A stretch of DNA of 64,000 nt from Lingula anatina (taxonomy: Eukaryota; Animalia; Brachiopoda), in the NCBI GenBank assembly GCA_051362555.1, contig CM120648.1, forward strand, positions 16,612,587 through 16,676,586. The letters run 5' to 3'. The first letter of the stretch is position 1; every line of letters starts with the position of its first letter. This document shows positions 62,201 to 64,000 of the stretch, piece after piece. The notes beneath the pieces were generated by a model. The model saw only the letters and a program-made list of their open reading frames with translations. It was not told the DNA's origin and did not search any database. Both the position numbers and the translations under genes were made by a program.

Positions 62201-63485
62201 GAGACCAGCTGCAGTGGGCTCTAATAGAACAGAGTCGAGGTCAACTGTGAAGGCTGAGAGTAAGAGTACCTCAGGGCTACGCAGTTGGGGGTATTCAGTG
62301 GAAGAGGTGAAAGCGGCACAGAAAGCAGATCACGATGTGAATCTGATCAGGGAGTATGTGGACAACGCCATTATTCCAAATCAGTCTACTCTATTCAGAG
62401 GGAGCAAGGAATTAAAGTCTTATTGGCTGGATAGAGAGATGTTTGTAATGATTGATGGTGTACTGTATTGGTCAGATCCGAAGACTGACGATAAGAAGTT
62501 AGTGCTTCCACATGGATTGCGAGTTAAGGCAATCGAGTTACACCACTGTTTACCATCAGCAGGACATCAGGGAGTCTCTAGGACTAAAGAGAGACTTCGA
62601 GAACGTTTTTATTGGCACAAGTTAGGCCGAGATGTGGATAACTTTGTGCGAGGCTGCGCAAGTTGCAATCAAAATAAAAAGTCGGCAAGACATGGCCGGG
62701 GTGCTTTAACCGAGTTCCAGGCTGGAGAACCTATGGAACGTGTACACTTGGATTTTCTGGGTCCTCTACCGAAGAGCACCAGGGGAAATGAGTACATACT
62801 CATGATGGTTGACCAGTTTACCAAGTGGGTGGAGTGCATCCCGCTTCCATCGCAGTCTGCTGAGGAGACAGCGCAGGCGGCAGTCGAACAGTTTTTCTCA
62901 CGGTTTGGGGTACCGTTTGAAATATACACGGATCAAGGAAGAAATTTTGATTCGAAGCTGTTCACTGAGGTGTGTAGGATATTGGAGATCCATAAAGCAC
63001 GGACGACACCCTATCGCCCATCTTCCAATGGTCAGATTGAGAGGTACAATCGGACATTGATGGACGCAGTGCGTTGCTTTACAGAGAGATCTCAAAACCA
63101 GTGGGATCTTCATCTACAGCAAATTGCCGGGGCTCTCAGGTCATCGGTCAACAGGATGACAGGTTTTACGGCTAATAAGCTGATGTTGGGCAGGGAAGTC
63201 AACACTCCTGCTGGAATAATGTTCCCACAGAAGGGAAGAGAGCCGAGTAGTACCGAGGGGTATGTGGCTGAGTTAGAAGCCGACCTACAGAAGGCGCACG
63301 AGACTGCCCGAGGTAAGCTCAAAGTATCTTCTAAGCGTATGAAGCGGGATTACGACCTGAGGATTTTGGAGCGAACCTATGCGGTCGGGGATTCAGTTTA
63401 CATACTGGATGCGGCCGGAGGCCGGGGGAAGTGTAAGAAACTATGTCCCCGTGGAAGGGTCCGGGAGTCATCGTGGAGAGGCTGA
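59226..63485 (+). CDS. pol: Pol polyprotein: aspartic protease, RT, RNase H, integrase
   Basis: LVDTGA; YCIDYRALN and FLDD; ILDTDASEYAIGA...NADALSR; H..GH..CASC; VHLDF, TDQG, IERYNRTL. Confidence 0.96.
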   Translation, partial: GKRQGVEVGGLSSIRDDARSDVKDTDDKAREKGSEAEKSTPEPEVVYVNQIGSVSDYSLKIRVGDKTVRALVDTGARVTILSDSIYNSLKNPPRKLKDVQLWAAGRKMAMPGFIAGPIKLKIGHKWYTETVYVAPLEEEMLLGVDILRDRGQAMIDVGRGILHFDDMSLTLDCCLEKGVPQIARVMVSERRVIPPNSVVRVACKMDMDLDDYVIEPVERGACNFLVPRVIRNRGSDPIMVLINPSDRYKLLQKGSEIGRAFSYEKVVTSGQAFDEHVQCGSVSTESRVSSTTSSQTEEDVVRVNYSIPAPRRPKVRPAEGEGEERPGVPPHLQKVFEESSTELSEDQQAQLGQVLTEFQDVFAQSEFDLGNFTALEHTIDTGQARPIKQRMRRTPVCFANEEEAHLQKMIQAGVIQESTSDWASAPVLIRKKDGSVRYCIDYRALNEVTTKDVFPLPLVDNCLDTLSGSVFFSKLDANSAYWQVPIREEDRKKTAFITKYGLYEHIRMAFGLCGAPATYARIMNLVFRGLSWKTVLAFLDDIVVLGASFEIHLQNLREALMRFRAYGLKLKPKKCSFFQRKIEFLGRVVTGDTLAMSEHDIQVVRDWPMPTCGKDVEKFMGLANYHRTFIKDFSKLAAPLYAMTGKNNFQWGEEQSVSFRSLKEALTSPPVLAIPRQDGEYILDTDASEYAIGAELLQVQDGEEKVVAYGSYGLTKEQRRYCTTRKELLAVVRFTRQYRHYLLGRPFMVRTDHSSLRWLMRFKEPQGQLARWLEELSQFNMVLSHRAGRLHANADALSRAGHTGQCLTFGTGVRLGDLPCGGCEYCKRAHSNWARFEEEVDDVVPLVIRGENQGGTTSVESDETSSDRQSNSGKTVNTVMVDSVRQFSEPEVLGPVVDTSPDEKVEDMPEYQMLREVIENIPWDPGKSVRVNVITTRQQAKKMKRTPEVGSTGVESSSKEVGSTGVESRSTKVGSTGVESRSTKVDSKDIESRPAAVGSNRTESRSTVKAESKSTSGLRSWGYSVEEVKAAQKADHDVNLIREYVDNAIIPNQSTLFRGSKELKSYWLDREMFVMIDGVLYWSDPKTDDKKLVLPHGLRVKAIELHHCLPSAGHQGVSRTKERLRERFYWHKLGRDVDNFVRGCASCNQNKKSARHGRGALTEFQAGEPMERVHLDFLGPLPKSTRGNEYILMMVDQFTKWVECIPLPSQSAEETAQAAVEQFFSRFGVPFEIYTDQGRNFDSKLFTEVCRILEIHKARTTPYRPSSNGQIERYNRTLMDAVRCFTERSQNQWDLHLQQIAGALRSSVNRMTGFTANKLMLGREVNTPAGIMFPQKGREPSSTEGYVAELEADLQKAHETARGKLKVSSKRMKRDYDLRILERTYAVGDSVYILDAAGGRGKCKKLCPRGRVRESSWRG
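62066..62245 (+). repeat. 36-bp coding tandem repeat (VGSTGVESRSTK) x5 between RNase H and integrase
   Basis: aagtgggctctactggcgtagagtcgag recurs every 36 bp. Confidence 0.9.
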
Positions 63486-63823
63486 GCTCGTATTTATACC
63501 GGGTGAAGGTAAGAAATGCGGTGTTCGTGGCCAATCATGACAGGTTAAAACCTTGTCGAGACAGTGAGATACCTCTGTGGATCCAGCAATGGAGAAAAAA
63601 TCCCGTGGTTGACTCTACAGTCAAAGGGGATGACAGGGTGTATTGTAGCTGTAGGCAGAAATGGCAGGGCCGATTTATGATACAGTGTGATTATTGTAGT
63701 GAATGGTATCATGGGTCCTGTGTAAACATTACTGCGTCTGACGCCCTCTCGATAAAGAAGTACAAGTGTGAGGATTGCACACGTCGATTGGTGCGTCCGG
63801 GCCATGACCCTGGGAAGGGTTAA
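63443..63823 (+). CDS. integrase C-terminus (GPY/F-like module) plus PHD finger, offset from pol by a 1-nt frameshift
   Basis: PWKGPGVIVERLSSYLYRVK...HDRLKP continues KKLCP of pol; C4HC3 finger VYCSCRQKWQGRFMIQCDYCSEWYHGSCV...YKCEDC at 63638-63778. Confidence 0.9.
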   Translation: MSPWKGPGVIVERLSSYLYRVKVRNAVFVANHDRLKPCRDSEIPLWIQQWRKNPVVDSTVKGDDRVYCSCRQKWQGRFMIQCDYCSEWYHGSCVNITASDALSIKKYKCEDCTRRLVRPGHDPGKG

Positions 63824-64000
63824 GGTCAAGATTTGTGGTGTTGAAAAGAATGGGCGCTGGTTGTTTTTGAACTAGTGGGGGCCCAATTTTCAGTGCACCA
63901 CAATGCTGGCCAGGAGAGGTACGACCTGGTCAGGAGTAGATGCTGGGAAGGAGTATTCCTAGTGATGAGTACCGTGTATTGATTCCTTGGCTGGTCAGCT

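Larger units (their letters stand above)
55799..64000 (+). mobile_element. Ty3/Gypsy LTR retrotransposon (3' LTR beyond window; 5' boundary uncertain)
   Basis: gag plus pol in PR-RT-RH-IN order; PBS at 56505; TG start at 55799 is only a candidate LTR edge. Confidence 0.9.

Noticed and set aside
63443-63823. PHD ORF as an independent host gene or env-like third ORF
   Set aside because: Its first half is the integrase GPY/F-like module continuing pol; no signal peptide or transmembrane segment.

Overview
Eukaryotic, AT-rich, intron-containing DNA from an invertebrate animal (repeat types suggest a mollusc or other lophotrochozoan; this is inference). (1) 4.4-38.3 kb, + strand: most of a split ends/SPEN (SHARP/MINT) gene. 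18 GT-AG exons splice in frame to about 4,477 aa (three RRMs, two giant low-complexity exons of 3.3 and 5.9 kb, C-terminal SPOC), with a likely poly(A) site near 38.3 kb; the 5' exons are outside the window. (2) 41.8-51.4 kb, - strand: a probable three-coding-exon gene encoding a Q-rich/death-domain-like/CARD-like adaptor. Its 7.9-kb intron holds a dead Harbinger/ISL2EU-type transposase, Helentron-type non-autonomous elements with a 146-bp satellite, a MITE and a TTAA-flanked Kolobok-like insertion. (3) 54.7-55.6 kb, - strand: an NHL-repeat beta-propeller ORF. (4) About 55.8 kb to the window end, + strand: a nearly intact Ty3/Gypsy LTR retrotransposon. Its Gag begins with a ComEA-type helix-hairpin-helix motif, gag-pol are joined by a clear -1 frameshift signal, and the integrase ends (after a 1-nt frameshift) in a PHF8/PHF2-like PHD finger where chromoviruses carry a chromodomain. 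This element is the best candidate for an unusual system. All calls were made by eye; no searches were run.
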